From an uncultured Bacteroidota bacterium (GTDB taxonomy: Bacteria; Bacteroidota; Rhodothermia; Rhodothermales; DATKEJ01): a stretch of DNA of 64,000 bases. Shown in pieces: positions 7,449 through 16,194 of the stretch. Within the stretch, counting starts at the first letter, position 1. Each line of letters begins with the position of its first letter. Both the position numbers and the translations under genes were made by a program. The stretch is from positions 79,466 to 143,465 of the forward strand of contig CAVYJC010000007.1 of the NCBI GenBank assembly GCA_963768715.1. The letters are read 5' to 3'. The notes under the pieces are model-generated. The model worked only from the letters and a program-made list of their open reading frames with translations. It searched no databases and was not told the DNA's origin.

Positions 7449-8276
7449 GTGGGTAAGGAGACCAGCAAGAGCCAACGTTTGACGCCCGAGCTGTATCAAC
7501 AGGAATTGATCAAGCTCCAGGAAGAGTTGGTCATGCTGCAGGAGCACATTCGAAGAAAAGGCCTCCGCGTGGCGGTCATCTTCGAAGGACGCGACGCATC
7601 CGGGAAAGGCGGCGTCATTAAGCGGATCACGCAGCGACTCAATCCGCGAGTCGTGAGAGTCGTGGCGCTGGGTGTGCCTACGGAACGCGAGGTCGGAGAG
7701 TGGTACTTCCAGCGATATGCCCCGCACCTGCCGGCTGCAGGGGAAATGGTACTCTTCGACCGCAGTTGGTACAACCGCGCCGGCGTGGAACGCGTGATGG
7801 GATTCTGCACCGACAATCAGTATCGCGAGTTCCTTCGCTCATGCCCAGAATTCGAACGGATGCTGGTCCGGTCGGGCATCACGCTGATCAAGTACTGGTT
7901 CTCGATCAGCGCCGAGGAGCAACAGCGCAGGCTCGAGCAGCGCATGCGGGACCCAAAACGACGCTGGAAGATCAGCGACATTGATCTCGAGTCACGACGC
8001 CGATGGGTCGATTATTCGCGCGCCAAAGACGCCATGATGATGTACACAGACATCGACGTCGCTCCCTGGTACGTTGTCGACGCCGATCACAAGAAGGCGG
8101 CACGATTGAACTGCATGCACCACCTGGTCAGCCAGATTGACTACGATCATCTTGCGCCGGATCCCGTGGAAATTCCTGAGATTCGGGAGGATCCCGGGTA
8201 TCGTCGCCCGCCGATCGACAGCCAGAAGTGGGTGCCGGCTGTTTACGGAAGAAGCAAGAAGCGGAATGAGGAGTGA
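7449..8276 (+). CDS. ppk2: Polyphosphate kinase 2 (PPK2 family)
   Basis: Contains FEGRDASGKGGVIKRITQRLNPR (Walker A) and WYFQRYAPHLPAAGEMVLFDRSWYNRAGVERVMGF, typical of the PPK2 core. It has a GTG start. Confidence 0.9.
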   Translation: MGKETSKSQRLTPELYQQELIKLQEELVMLQEHIRRKGLRVAVIFEGRDASGKGGVIKRITQRLNPRVVRVVALGVPTEREVGEWYFQRYAPHLPAAGEMVLFDRSWYNRAGVERVMGFCTDNQYREFLRSCPEFERMLVRSGITLIKYWFSISAEEQQRRLEQRMRDPKRRWKISDIDLESRRRWVDYSRAKDAMMMYTDIDVAPWYVVDADHKKAARLNCMHHLVSQIDYDHLAPDPVEIPEIREDPGYRRPPIDSQKWVPAVYGRSKKRNEE

Positions 8277-8319
8277 GGAGTGAGAATCGTTAATTCTTTG
8301 CTAATCGCTAATTGCTGAA
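8264..8319. repeat. Heptamer array (GAATGAG GAGTGAG GAGTGAG AATCGTT AATTCTT TGCTAAT CGCTAAT TGCTGAA) beginning inside the last codons of ppk2
   Basis: Counted directly in a 7-nt register. The ppk2 stop TGA (8274-8276) lies inside unit 2. Confidence 0.85.
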
Positions 8320-8411
8320 TGCCACGTTCCACCATGCCGGTCGCCAGTGGCCGGAAGTCGCTCCGCGTTCATCATCCGTCTTCGCTTTCCCATCGTTCGA
8401 GCTTCCCCGCG

Positions 8412-9188
8412 ATGAATTCATCATTCATCGTTCTCCTCGTCCTCATGTCGTACGTGCCCGCCCTGGCGCAGGACGGAAATCGGTTCGTGAGATGGACCTT
8501 CCAGGACGGTTTGAACCTCATCGCCCACAAAACGCCCACCATGCTCCTTCTCGGCGCCGGTGGCGCGGTCATCATCGCCGGAGGGGCACAGGTGGATAAA
8601 GACATCAGCGAGGAGGTCCAGAAGCAGTTCGACGGCCACGAATTCTACCTCTCCGCCGCGAATGCGCTGGGTACGCCGCCCGCCGTGCTCGGACCGGTCG
8701 CTCTCTTCGGTCTGTCCACTGCGATCGGGAACCGGCGCCTGCAGGACGCCGCGTTTACCTCGCTTGAGGCCATCGCGTATGCGGGCACTACCACGCTCGT
8801 CGCGAAAGAGGTGATCGGACGCTATCGACCCGCCGACAGTGAGGGCGCGAAGAAGTTCGATCCTTTCTCCGGCAATACGTCGACTCCCAGCGGACATGCA
8901 ACCATCGTCTTTGCCATGTTCACGCCTTTCGTGTACTACTATCCACATCCTGCGACGTACGCACTCTTTGCTGTGGGAGTCACCACCGATTTGGCCCGCA
9001 TCGCGCTCAACCGGCACTGGTCTTCCGACGTCGTCGTGGGCAGCGGTATCGGTTTCCTCATGGCGCGGTATCTGTCAAGACGGCACTTGTCTGAGGCGGC
9101 CGTCAGTTCGGCGGTCTCGATCACGCCGCTTATTTCGCCGAACGCCGCGGGGGTGCATCTGACCCTGGCGCTCAATCGACCGCAGTAG
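8412..9188 (+). CDS. PAP2-superfamily phosphatase (secreted or membrane-associated)
   Basis: The signal-like start MNSSFIVLLVLMSYVPALAQ is at 8412. PAP2 motifs are present: KEVIGRYRP, PSGHAT and SDVVVGSGIG. The upstream extension to 8319 is unlikely. Confidence 0.8.
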   Translation: MNSSFIVLLVLMSYVPALAQDGNRFVRWTFQDGLNLIAHKTPTMLLLGAGGAVIIAGGAQVDKDISEEVQKQFDGHEFYLSAANALGTPPAVLGPVALFGLSTAIGNRRLQDAAFTSLEAIAYAGTTTLVAKEVIGRYRPADSEGAKKFDPFSGNTSTPSGHATIVFAMFTPFVYYYPHPATYALFAVGVTTDLARIALNRHWSSDVVVGSGIGFLMARYLSRRHLSEAAVSSAVSITPLISPNAAGVHLTLALNRPQ

Positions 9189-9230
9189 GTTCGGGGTTCG
9201 GGGTTCGATGTTCGCGACTTGGGGTTCGGT
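9189..9230. repeat. Heptamer array GTTCGGG GTTCGGG GTTCGAT GTTCGCG ACTTGGG GTTCGGT immediately after the PAP2 stop codon
   Basis: Counted directly. The first unit starts 1 nt after TAG (9186-9188). Confidence 0.9.
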
Positions 9231-9599
9231 AAAACGACAGAGCCGGGCGTGAACCGAGCGACGTACCCGTTTTGAATTTCATGAAACCGTTGAAACGGTT
9301 TCTGAGGTTGGTGCCACGCCTCAACCCCGGGTTGAAACCCGGGGCTACGAAAAGCCCCGAACAAGTTCGGGGCGTCGCGGGCTCCGCGTGGGCAGCCGTG
9401 GCAGCTGGGCCCGCGCGCTTGCTAAAGACTACGCTTGCCAATCCCGAACGCGTGCCGCGAAGCGGCGCACGGAGGAACCTCCGCGGGCGTGACAGATCCG
9501 CAGATAGACCGGCGGGCCGATAGACCGCCCGGGACCTTCCCGCCCCGTGTAACCGTGACATAGGTACGACACAACGTGTTCACCAACGAAAGAGGAAGC

Positions 9600-10187
9600 A
9601 TGGAAGAAATCCGCGCTGCGCTCAACTGGCTCTTGGGGATATCCGGGGGCGTTCAATCGCTCTCACTTATACAGGTAGCCGTGCGGGCGGTGCTCATCTA
9701 TTTCGCCGGCTACATTATGCTCCGCCTTGGAGAGCACCGCTTCCTGGGCAAGAGCACGCCGTTCGATATCGTTTTGGGCTTCATCTTCGGCACAACGCTG
9801 AGTCGCGCCATCAACGGCACGGCTCCGTTTTTCGACACGATCGCAGCGGGGGCCGTCTTGCTGGGGCTTCATTGGTTGTTCGCCAGCCTCGCTTTCCACT
9901 CCGATCGCATCAACACCTGGCTCAACGACCGGGCCGTCCCCCTCATTAAGGACGGAGCGATCCAGACGGCGAACATGCGGCGGAAGCTGATCGATCCCCG
10001 CCTCCTGGAGGAAAACGTGCGGATTGCCGGAAATCTGAACAACGTAGCTGACGTGGAGGAGGCGTATTTCGAACGAAACGGGTCGATCAGCATCGTTCCG
10101 AAAGCCAAACCGCGGGACGTTCGCGTGCTCGACTTCAAGGTGGAGGACGGTGTACAAACAGTCCGAATTGAGCTGAGCGGCTCTTAG
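9600..10187 (+). CDS. DUF421 (YetF-like) membrane protein
   Basis: Has three TM segments followed by IKDG.I...N....(L/I) and a C-terminal domain typical of the YetF/DUF421 family as I recall it. The ATG at 9600 is preceded by AAAGAGGAAG. The track start at 9576 is a GTG. Confidence 0.65.
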   Translation: MEEIRAALNWLLGISGGVQSLSLIQVAVRAVLIYFAGYIMLRLGEHRFLGKSTPFDIVLGFIFGTTLSRAINGTAPFFDTIAAGAVLLGLHWLFASLAFHSDRINTWLNDRAVPLIKDGAIQTANMRRKLIDPRLLEENVRIAGNLNNVADVEEAYFERNGSISIVPKAKPRDVRVLDFKVEDGVQTVRIELSGS

Positions 10188-10191
10188 ACGG

Positions 10192-10251
10192 GCACTCGAC
10201 GTGAAGGTCGAAGATGGCGTCCAGACGGTGCGAATCGAGTTGGCAGCCTAG
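10192..10251 (+). pseudogene. Relic duplicate of the last 20 codons of the DUF421 gene (out of frame with it, has its own TAG)
   Basis: It translates to ALDVKVEDGVQTVRIELAA*, versus VLDFKVEDGVQTVRIELSGS* for the live gene end (10125-10187). Ten of the nucleotide differences are synonymous third-position changes. Confidence 0.7.
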
Positions 10252-10289
10252 TAGGAGCGCAGAGCGGGTTGAGCGCATTACGGTTCAGC

Positions 10290-12950
10290 CTAGGGCGGTG
10301 AATCGCCTGCCTTACGCTCGCTCGCGGCAGGCACTTGGACTTCGGACCCCGGACTTCGGACCTCGGACGCATATACGCGATCCACGCCCCGTTTTGACAA
10401 CCAGGTGAACCAGAACAGCCCGAGCAGGAAGCCGCCCGATCCGATCCACGTCCATTCGCCGCCTCCGCCCACGTACATCATGGCCGCCGCTCCGATGGCG
10501 AGCGCCCCGGCCGCGAGTACGCCCAGCCGGCTGACGCCGGTTTCCAGCTCCTGCTCCTCTTTCTCTTCCTCCTCCGGCTTGAGCATCCCGGCCTTGTCCA
10601 GTCCGGTCTCTTCGGCCGTCGTGAGCATGCCCTTGAGCATTAACAGGAAGCGATGCCAGCTGAAACCGATAACGGTTTCCTTTGGGTGGACGAGTACTAC
10701 GGGACACTCCACATTGCGGGCGATACTGACCGGCCTGTTTGCGAAGAAACGCCGTTTGCGCCTCCAGTAGTTCGACGCCACGTCGAGTATCAGTGCGTCG
10801 TATCCCTCCGCTCCATCGATCACCGCTCGGAACGGCGACTGATTTGCAGTCTGTTTCAGGGACACCCACTCGCTGTCTAGACCATGCTCATCGGCGAACT
10901 CGTCCACGGTCTTTCGGAGATCGTCCATGAACGTCTCGCGGACCTCGTCGTCGACATCGGGATGGAACACGTGCAGGACGTCGATGTCCGAACGGTTGCC
11001 GCCGGCAGCGTATTGCGCGGCGCGAAGAGCGAACGCTACCTCCGAGGGTTCGTCTACCGGTACGAGCATCCGCTTGAACGGCGTCTCGGCGATCTTCTGG
11101 ATCACCAGTACGTCGCCGTTCACTTCCTGAATAATCCGATCGATATTGTGCCCAATAAGGCGTTTCGGATCCCGCGGCTTCCCGCGCCAGCCCATCACCA
11201 AAAGGTCTGCTTTCGTCTCCATTGCCATGTCGACGATTGCCTGGGCCGGCGAGTGGGCAATGCGAATAAAAGCCTCTGCTTCGATGTCCTGAGGAACCTG
11301 TTCGAGTGCCTTGTCGATGAGGGATTTCCAATCTTGCGCTCGGGAACGAGCCGCCGAGAGCGGAAGCTGCTTCGGGACATGAATGACATGGAGGAGCACC
11401 AGCGATCCGTCGTTTCGACGGGCCGCTTCCACGGCCGGCGGAATCAGCGTCTCGACGGATTCGGGTTTGGCAATGGATACCAGCACGGTGTATTCCTTGT
11501 CGGTCTGAAACGGTGCGGCTTGTTTGAGACGAGCAACGAGCGGCGTCCTCTCTTCCTCCGACGCGTGGCCGCGCGCATAAAAGTAGTAGAGCCCGAATCC
11601 GATCCCGATCCATGCCAGCGAGAAGTACCACGCGATCGCCGAATAGTTGAACATGAAGACGGCCAGAAAGAGCTTCGTCACGATGCCGATGATGGGAATG
11701 ATGGGAAAGAAGGGCATCATGTAACCGTAGCGGAGGCGCGTGCCGTACTGTCTGCGCAAACTGATCACGGCGATGTTCACCATCAGAAACAACAGGAGGA
11801 ACATGATGTCGGCGGCCGAGGCGACGTCCTGGATTGGAATGACGACCGCCATAAAAAGGATGAGCGCGCCCGTAAAGAGCAGAGCTTTGTAGGGCGTTTT
11901 TGTGCGATCGTGCACGGCCGCAAAGGCGTCGGGAAGATTCCGGTCTCTCCCCATCGCGAAAGAGACCCGCGTGGATGAATACGTCGTCGCATTGAGCGCA
12001 CTCATCGTCGAGAACAACCCGCCGATCAGGAGCATGACGGTGCCCAGAGGCATGAACTGGCGAGCCGCCTCGACGAGGCCCAACTCCTTGTTCGCCCCAA
12101 GCCAGACATAGGTCGCCTGACCGCCCGGTGGATCGACCGCGCCAATGGCGACAAATGCCACGAGCATGTAGATCGGGACAACAATCGCCAGCGAGTAGAA
12201 GACCGCCTTCGGAATGGTCCGGCGCGGATCACGGGTCTCCTCCCCCGCCTGGACAATAATTTCGTACCCCTCGAACGCGATGAACGTCAATCCCATCGCA
12301 CTCAAAATGCCGGGAAAGCCCTCCGGCGTAAAGTCCTCGAAGTGCTGAAAGTGCGTTGACGGCTCCTTGAAGAGGATCCACATTCCGCTGGCGACAAAGA
12401 GGAGCAGGATCGTCAGTTTGGCGAGCGTGACGATGTTGCCGATCAGACCCGTCTCGGAGGAGCCGCGATAGTTGATGTATAGAAAGGCCAGGATGATCAG
12501 GATGGCGAGCCCCCTCTCCACCACGCCCGTTCCTATACCGAAAAACGATACGTCGAACTCGGACATGACGAGGCGCAGGTAGGAGCCAAAAGCAAGACCA
12601 TAGAGACTCCCCGCAACGGCGTGCGCGAACCAGCTCATCCATCCTGCGAGGAAGGCGCTCGGCCCTGGGAGCCCCTCCTTGACCCAGAGATACCCGCCGC
12701 CGGCCTCCGGAATTGCCGACCCCAATTCGGCGTAGACCATCGCCGTGAAGATGGTGATGATGCCGTTAAGGGAGAACGAGAGGATAAGGGCGGGACCGGC
12801 CGCACCGGCCGCGATCCCGGTCAAAACAAAAATGCCCGCACCGACCATGGCCCCGACGCCGATCATCGTCACGTCCAGGAGTCCCATCGTTCGACTCAGC
12901 CCGACGCGGGCTCCCCGACCATTTTCGGAAGAGGCTGACGACTGCGGCAA
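10290..12950 (-). CDS. APC-superfamily amino acid permease fused to two universal stress protein (USP) domains and a C-terminal two-TM tail
   Basis: The N-terminal 470 aa are a 12-TM permease (GLLDVTMIGVGAMVGAGIFVLTG). Two USP-like blocks follow (VLVSIAKPESVETLIP...LLVMGWRG and MLVPVDEPSEVAFALR...VVLVHP), then GVLAAGALAIGAAAMMYV / GGFLLGLFWFTWL. It has a TTG start. The last 27 codons run through a heptamer array. Confidence 0.8.
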   Translation of the reverse strand: MPQSSASSENGRGARVGLSRTMGLLDVTMIGVGAMVGAGIFVLTGIAAGAAGPALILSFSLNGIITIFTAMVYAELGSAIPEAGGGYLWVKEGLPGPSAFLAGWMSWFAHAVAGSLYGLAFGSYLRLVMSEFDVSFFGIGTGVVERGLAILIILAFLYINYRGSSETGLIGNIVTLAKLTILLLFVASGMWILFKEPSTHFQHFEDFTPEGFPGILSAMGLTFIAFEGYEIIVQAGEETRDPRRTIPKAVFYSLAIVVPIYMLVAFVAIGAVDPPGGQATYVWLGANKELGLVEAARQFMPLGTVMLLIGGLFSTMSALNATTYSSTRVSFAMGRDRNLPDAFAAVHDRTKTPYKALLFTGALILFMAVVIPIQDVASAADIMFLLLFLMVNIAVISLRRQYGTRLRYGYMMPFFPIIPIIGIVTKLFLAVFMFNYSAIAWYFSLAWIGIGFGLYYFYARGHASEEERTPLVARLKQAAPFQTDKEYTVLVSIAKPESVETLIPPAVEAARRNDGSLVLLHVIHVPKQLPLSAARSRAQDWKSLIDKALEQVPQDIEAEAFIRIAHSPAQAIVDMAMETKADLLVMGWRGKPRDPKRLIGHNIDRIIQEVNGDVLVIQKIAETPFKRMLVPVDEPSEVAFALRAAQYAAGGNRSDIDVLHVFHPDVDDEVRETFMDDLRKTVDEFADEHGLDSEWVSLKQTANQSPFRAVIDGAEGYDALILDVASNYWRRKRRFFANRPVSIARNVECPVVLVHPKETVIGFSWHRFLLMLKGMLTTAEETGLDKAGMLKPEEEEKEEQELETGVSRLGVLAAGALAIGAAAMMYVGGGGEWTWIGSGGFLLGLFWFTWLSKRGVDRVYASEVRSPGSEVQVPAASERKAGDSPP

Positions 12951-12994
12951 AACGGGGGTTCTTTAGTGGTGGTGGACTCTACGAAGAACAGCTC

Positions 12995-13071
12995 ACTTCA
13001 AATACCAAACTTCAGACACCGAATATTGGTCCGGGGTTCGCACCCCGCACCCCGCACCCCGCACTTCGCAC
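12995..13071. repeat. Heptamer array of 11 units that changes flavour while keeping register (ACTTCAA ATACCAA ACTTCAG ACACCGA ATATTGG TCCGGGG TTCGCAC CCCGCAC x3 TTCGCAC)
   Basis: Counted directly. The first 20 nt are identical to 21131-21150. Confidence 0.9.
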
Positions 13072-13095
13072 GGACTGGCGCCAGGACCTCGGTTC

Positions 13096-14244
13096 TTAAA
13101 AAAAGTACTGCGCCACCACGAAATACACATTCCCGACCCTCCCGTACTCCGTGTCGCCGGCTCCGAAGAAGATGTACGCGCTGGCAGACAGTTCGAGGTT
13201 CTCCTTGGCCGACCAGAGAATCGCCGGTCCAGCCAGGCCGCTGCCGTCGTTAGCGTTCAGTATCCCGTAAAAGTTGCCCGAGACGAGTGGTGAAATGTTC
13301 TTGGATACCGATGCTGCGGCATAATATCGACCAAGGTTAAGAGTTTGTCCAGTAAGGACTTGTGAGAAGTCGTAGTCCGCACGATTGGTCGTTCCCGCGC
13401 CGTTGTAGTGCAATTCCACGAACGTGTAGTAGTCCCCGGGAAAATTGTAATCGGCGTTTACTACAGCGCGGATGAAATCCTTTCCCATGCTGCTGGTGAA
13501 CGCCGCTTCGCCACGGAAACCCGCGTTCCCGAGGTAGCCTGCATAGTCGCCGCCGAAGACCCAGGCATCCCGGATTCGCCCGCCCATGGCCGAAACGTCG
13601 AATTCGCCGAGATGGGAGCTGAGGCGCCCGGCGACGCTGGATCGTTCGGAATTCCTGGAGGGGGCGAAGGCTGCTTCCAGCCGGCTCATCGGGCCAAGGC
13701 CATACTCGACATAGGCCGCATCGACGCCGGCTTTTTCGTCACGTTCGATGGCGACCGGACTCACGGGATTGAGCACGTCGGTCGGCGTCCATACGAATCC
13801 TGTACCCCAGGCTATGCGCTGTCTTCCGACGACGGCCCGCACCTTTCCCACCGACGCGGTAGCGGTCAGTCGAAAGAGATTCTGGCTGATTCGGTAGTCG
13901 TCGGTTGACTCAATGGTCCAATCCAGATCGGCGAACTCATCGAAGACGACGTTCCGGCTTGCCCGATAGTCGGCGCTTTTCAGGAAGCTGCCGGCCAGCA
14001 CTTCCGTGTCGAGCCAGACCTCAGTCGAGACGTGCGACCCGATACCGACAGAAAACTGGTTACGTGACCGGAGGGTGTTCAGGAAGAAGGCGTCCCCACT
14101 GACGACCGATGAGCCGCGCGTGGCAAGATCCTTGACGTAGCCGTCGAACTGAACGTCCAGCGGTTGTCCCTTCACGGAGGCGAGGCCGTTCAGCAGGATC
14201 GCGAGAGCGACGGCGCTTCTCCTATAAATGACGATGACTTTCAT
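13096..14244 (-). CDS. Outer-membrane beta-barrel protein of the ABC/LolA-like cluster
   Basis: Has the signal MKVIVIYRRSAVALAILLNGLASVKG, alternating beta-strand-like sequence and a C-terminal ...YFVVAQYFF aromatic terminus typical of OMPs. The start at 14244 or 14262 is uncertain. Confidence 0.6.
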   Translation of the reverse strand: MKVIVIYRRSAVALAILLNGLASVKGQPLDVQFDGYVKDLATRGSSVVSGDAFFLNTLRSRNQFSVGIGSHVSTEVWLDTEVLAGSFLKSADYRASRNVVFDEFADLDWTIESTDDYRISQNLFRLTATASVGKVRAVVGRQRIAWGTGFVWTPTDVLNPVSPVAIERDEKAGVDAAYVEYGLGPMSRLEAAFAPSRNSERSSVAGRLSSHLGEFDVSAMGGRIRDAWVFGGDYAGYLGNAGFRGEAAFTSSMGKDFIRAVVNADYNFPGDYYTFVELHYNGAGTTNRADYDFSQVLTGQTLNLGRYYAAASVSKNISPLVSGNFYGILNANDGSGLAGPAILWSAKENLELSASAYIFFGAGDTEYGRVGNVYFVVAQYFF

Positions 14245-14965
14245 GATCGACGATGGCCCCATCGCGCAGCGTAACCACGCGATCCGCCTTCTCCATGACC
14301 ATCCGGTCGTGCGTGGAAAACAGGAAGGTTACCCCCGTTTCCATGTTCATCTGCTTCATCTTGTCGAGCAGCCGATCACCGGTCTTGGAGTCGAGGTTCG
14401 CCGTCGGCTCGTCGGCGAGAATGATCTTCGGCTCCGAAACCAGGGCGCGAGCGACGGCTATCCGCTGCTGCTGGCCTCCGCTGAGCTCACCCGGACGACG
14501 GTCGATGAGCTCTTCCTCGATTCCGAGCGTCGCGAGCTCCTCGATGACACGGCGACGGCGTTCGGCAGCCGAAACGCCCTGCAGAAGGAGTGTGAACTCC
14601 GCATTCTCGAATGCGGATAGGACGGGAATCAAGTTGTATGCCTGGAAGATGAAACCCAGGTTCCAGAGGCGGAAATCCGCCAGCTCCGCGCGATCCAACG
14701 TCGCAAGGTCCTTGCCGGCAACGACCACGGTTCCGGAGGTCGGCTGGTCGAGACCCCCGATCATATTGAGCAGGGTCGTCTTGCCGGAACCGGAGGGTCC
14801 CACCAGCGCCGTAAATTCGCCCGCTTCGATCGTCAGATTCACACTGTTGAGCGCTCGGACCGGCAGGCGCTGCTTCCCCTCGTCGTAGACTTTGACGAGC
14901 TCGCTCACCGAAACGATCGTCCCTGCCGATCGTCCGGCCACGGCTTCCTGTTGCACATCAGACAT
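14222..14965 (-). CDS. ABC transporter ATP-binding protein (LolD/MacB-type)
   Basis: Contains Walker A GPSGSGKTT, signature LSGGQQQRIAVARAL and Walker B ILADEPT. Confidence 0.9.
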   Translation of the reverse strand: MSDVQQEAVAGRSAGTIVSVSELVKVYDEGKQRLPVRALNSVNLTIEAGEFTALVGPSGSGKTTLLNMIGGLDQPTSGTVVVAGKDLATLDRAELADFRLWNLGFIFQAYNLIPVLSAFENAEFTLLLQGVSAAERRRRVIEELATLGIEEELIDRRPGELSGGQQQRIAVARALVSEPKIILADEPTANLDSKTGDRLLDKMKQMNMETGVTFLFSTHDRMVMEKADRVVTLRDGAIVDHESHRHL

Positions 14966-16187
14966 GTCGCAGCGCCTCCACCGGATTGAGCCGGCTCGCC
15001 TTGATCGCCGGATAGGCGGTTGCGAGCAGAACCACGAATAGAATCATACCAAATCCCGTAAGAATGTGACCCCAGTTGAGCTCGAGATACACTGTCGATC
15101 CAATACCGAACGAGGACAGGCCCTCCGAGAAGCCGCTCATATCGAAACCGTGGACGTTCCCATACCAGATCAGCGCAAAGGAAGGAAGGACACCCAGCGC
15201 CGCCCCCATGAGAACGACATAGATCGCTTCCGTGTAGAGCAATATTCGCACCTGGCGGGGCCGCAGACCGTTCGCCATCATCACGCCGAACTCTCGGATC
15301 CGCTCGATGATGACCATCAGGAACGTGTTGACGACGGTGAATGCGATGGCGGCGAAAAGAATGAAGACGAGGATGATACTCGAGTAGTCGTACGCCTGCT
15401 GCATCAACGAGAGCATCGGAAAGCGTTCCTTCCAGGTGAGCACTTCGAGGTCGGGGCGCCTAAGGGCCGCCCTCAGTTGATCCGCCATGGCGGCAGCGTC
15501 TGCGGTGGGACCGAGATAAAGCTGAAAGGCGGTCGCCGAGGACGGCTGGTACGCGAGCAGCGTCTGCGCATCCTGGAAACGGACGAAGACGGTCGTCTTG
15601 TCGAAATCCGAGCTCGTCGTTTTGAAGATACCGGCCACCCGGTAGGCCCCGGCCCCGACGTCATTGTGGACATCGTTCGCCATGAGGACCACTTTCTCAT
15701 CCAGCCGAACGTTCAACCTCTCGGCCAGGGAGGCGCCGATCACGATCTCGTTGGACTCGTCTTCGCCTAGAAACCGTCCCTCGATAAGTGAGGAAGAGAC
15801 GATGCCGACCTTCTGCTCCGCCTTCGGATCCACCCCAATAATGGTCACCCCGGACGCCTGCTCCGTCGTGCTCGCCATCCCACTGGCGCGGATGATCTCC
15901 AGATAGTTCACGTTCGGCATGGAGTCGAGCGTGGCCGCGATTACGCGCGTATCCGTAATTCGCGACTGCACGGTCGGGTTCTTGTTGAATCCTTCGCGGG
16001 CGATAAGGATATGTCCTCCCTGAAGCTGAATGGTGGACTGAATCATGCGCACCGCAAAGCCGTCCATGAACGTAATCGAACCGAGGAAACAGAACACGCC
16101 GGTCGCGACGGACAGCATGAGAACGATCGTCCTTCGACGATTTCTCCAGAGGTTCCTCCAGGCGACTTTGTATAAGATGCTGTTCAT
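14958..16187 (-). CDS. ABC transporter permease, FtsX/LolC-E family
   Basis: 409 aa with an N-terminal TM, a large periplasmic domain and a C-terminal FtsX-like three-TM domain. Its stop overlaps the downstream ATPase start. Confidence 0.85.
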   Translation of the reverse strand: MNSILYKVAWRNLWRNRRRTIVLMLSVATGVFCFLGSITFMDGFAVRMIQSTIQLQGGHILIAREGFNKNPTVQSRITDTRVIAATLDSMPNVNYLEIIRASGMASTTEQASGVTIIGVDPKAEQKVGIVSSSLIEGRFLGEDESNEIVIGASLAERLNVRLDEKVVLMANDVHNDVGAGAYRVAGIFKTTSSDFDKTTVFVRFQDAQTLLAYQPSSATAFQLYLGPTADAAAMADQLRAALRRPDLEVLTWKERFPMLSLMQQAYDYSSIILVFILFAAIAFTVVNTFLMVIIERIREFGVMMANGLRPRQVRILLYTEAIYVVLMGAALGVLPSFALIWYGNVHGFDMSGFSEGLSSFGIGSTVYLELNWGHILTGFGMILFVVLLATAYPAIKASRLNPVEALRHV

Positions 16188-16194
16188 AATCGGA

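Noticed and set aside
7124-7727. ORFs 7124..7381(-), 7134..7727(-), 7168..7482(+), 7175..7456(+) and 7257..7439(+) with striking repeats (PNTKYQ..., FGIWCLV...)
   Set aside because: They are six-frame translations of the period-7 tandem array. A 7-nt period rotates through all three frames every 21 nt, which produces pseudo-repeat peptides. There is no start context, and the ORFs overlap each other on both strands.
10884-11978. 364-aa plus-strand ORF, plus 10888..11631(-), 12229..12642(-) and others inside the permease-USP gene
   Set aside because: They are alternative-frame or antisense ORFs with Arg/Gly/His-rich composition typical of high-GC shadow ORFs. The 886-aa minus-strand frame has the permease and USP motifs.
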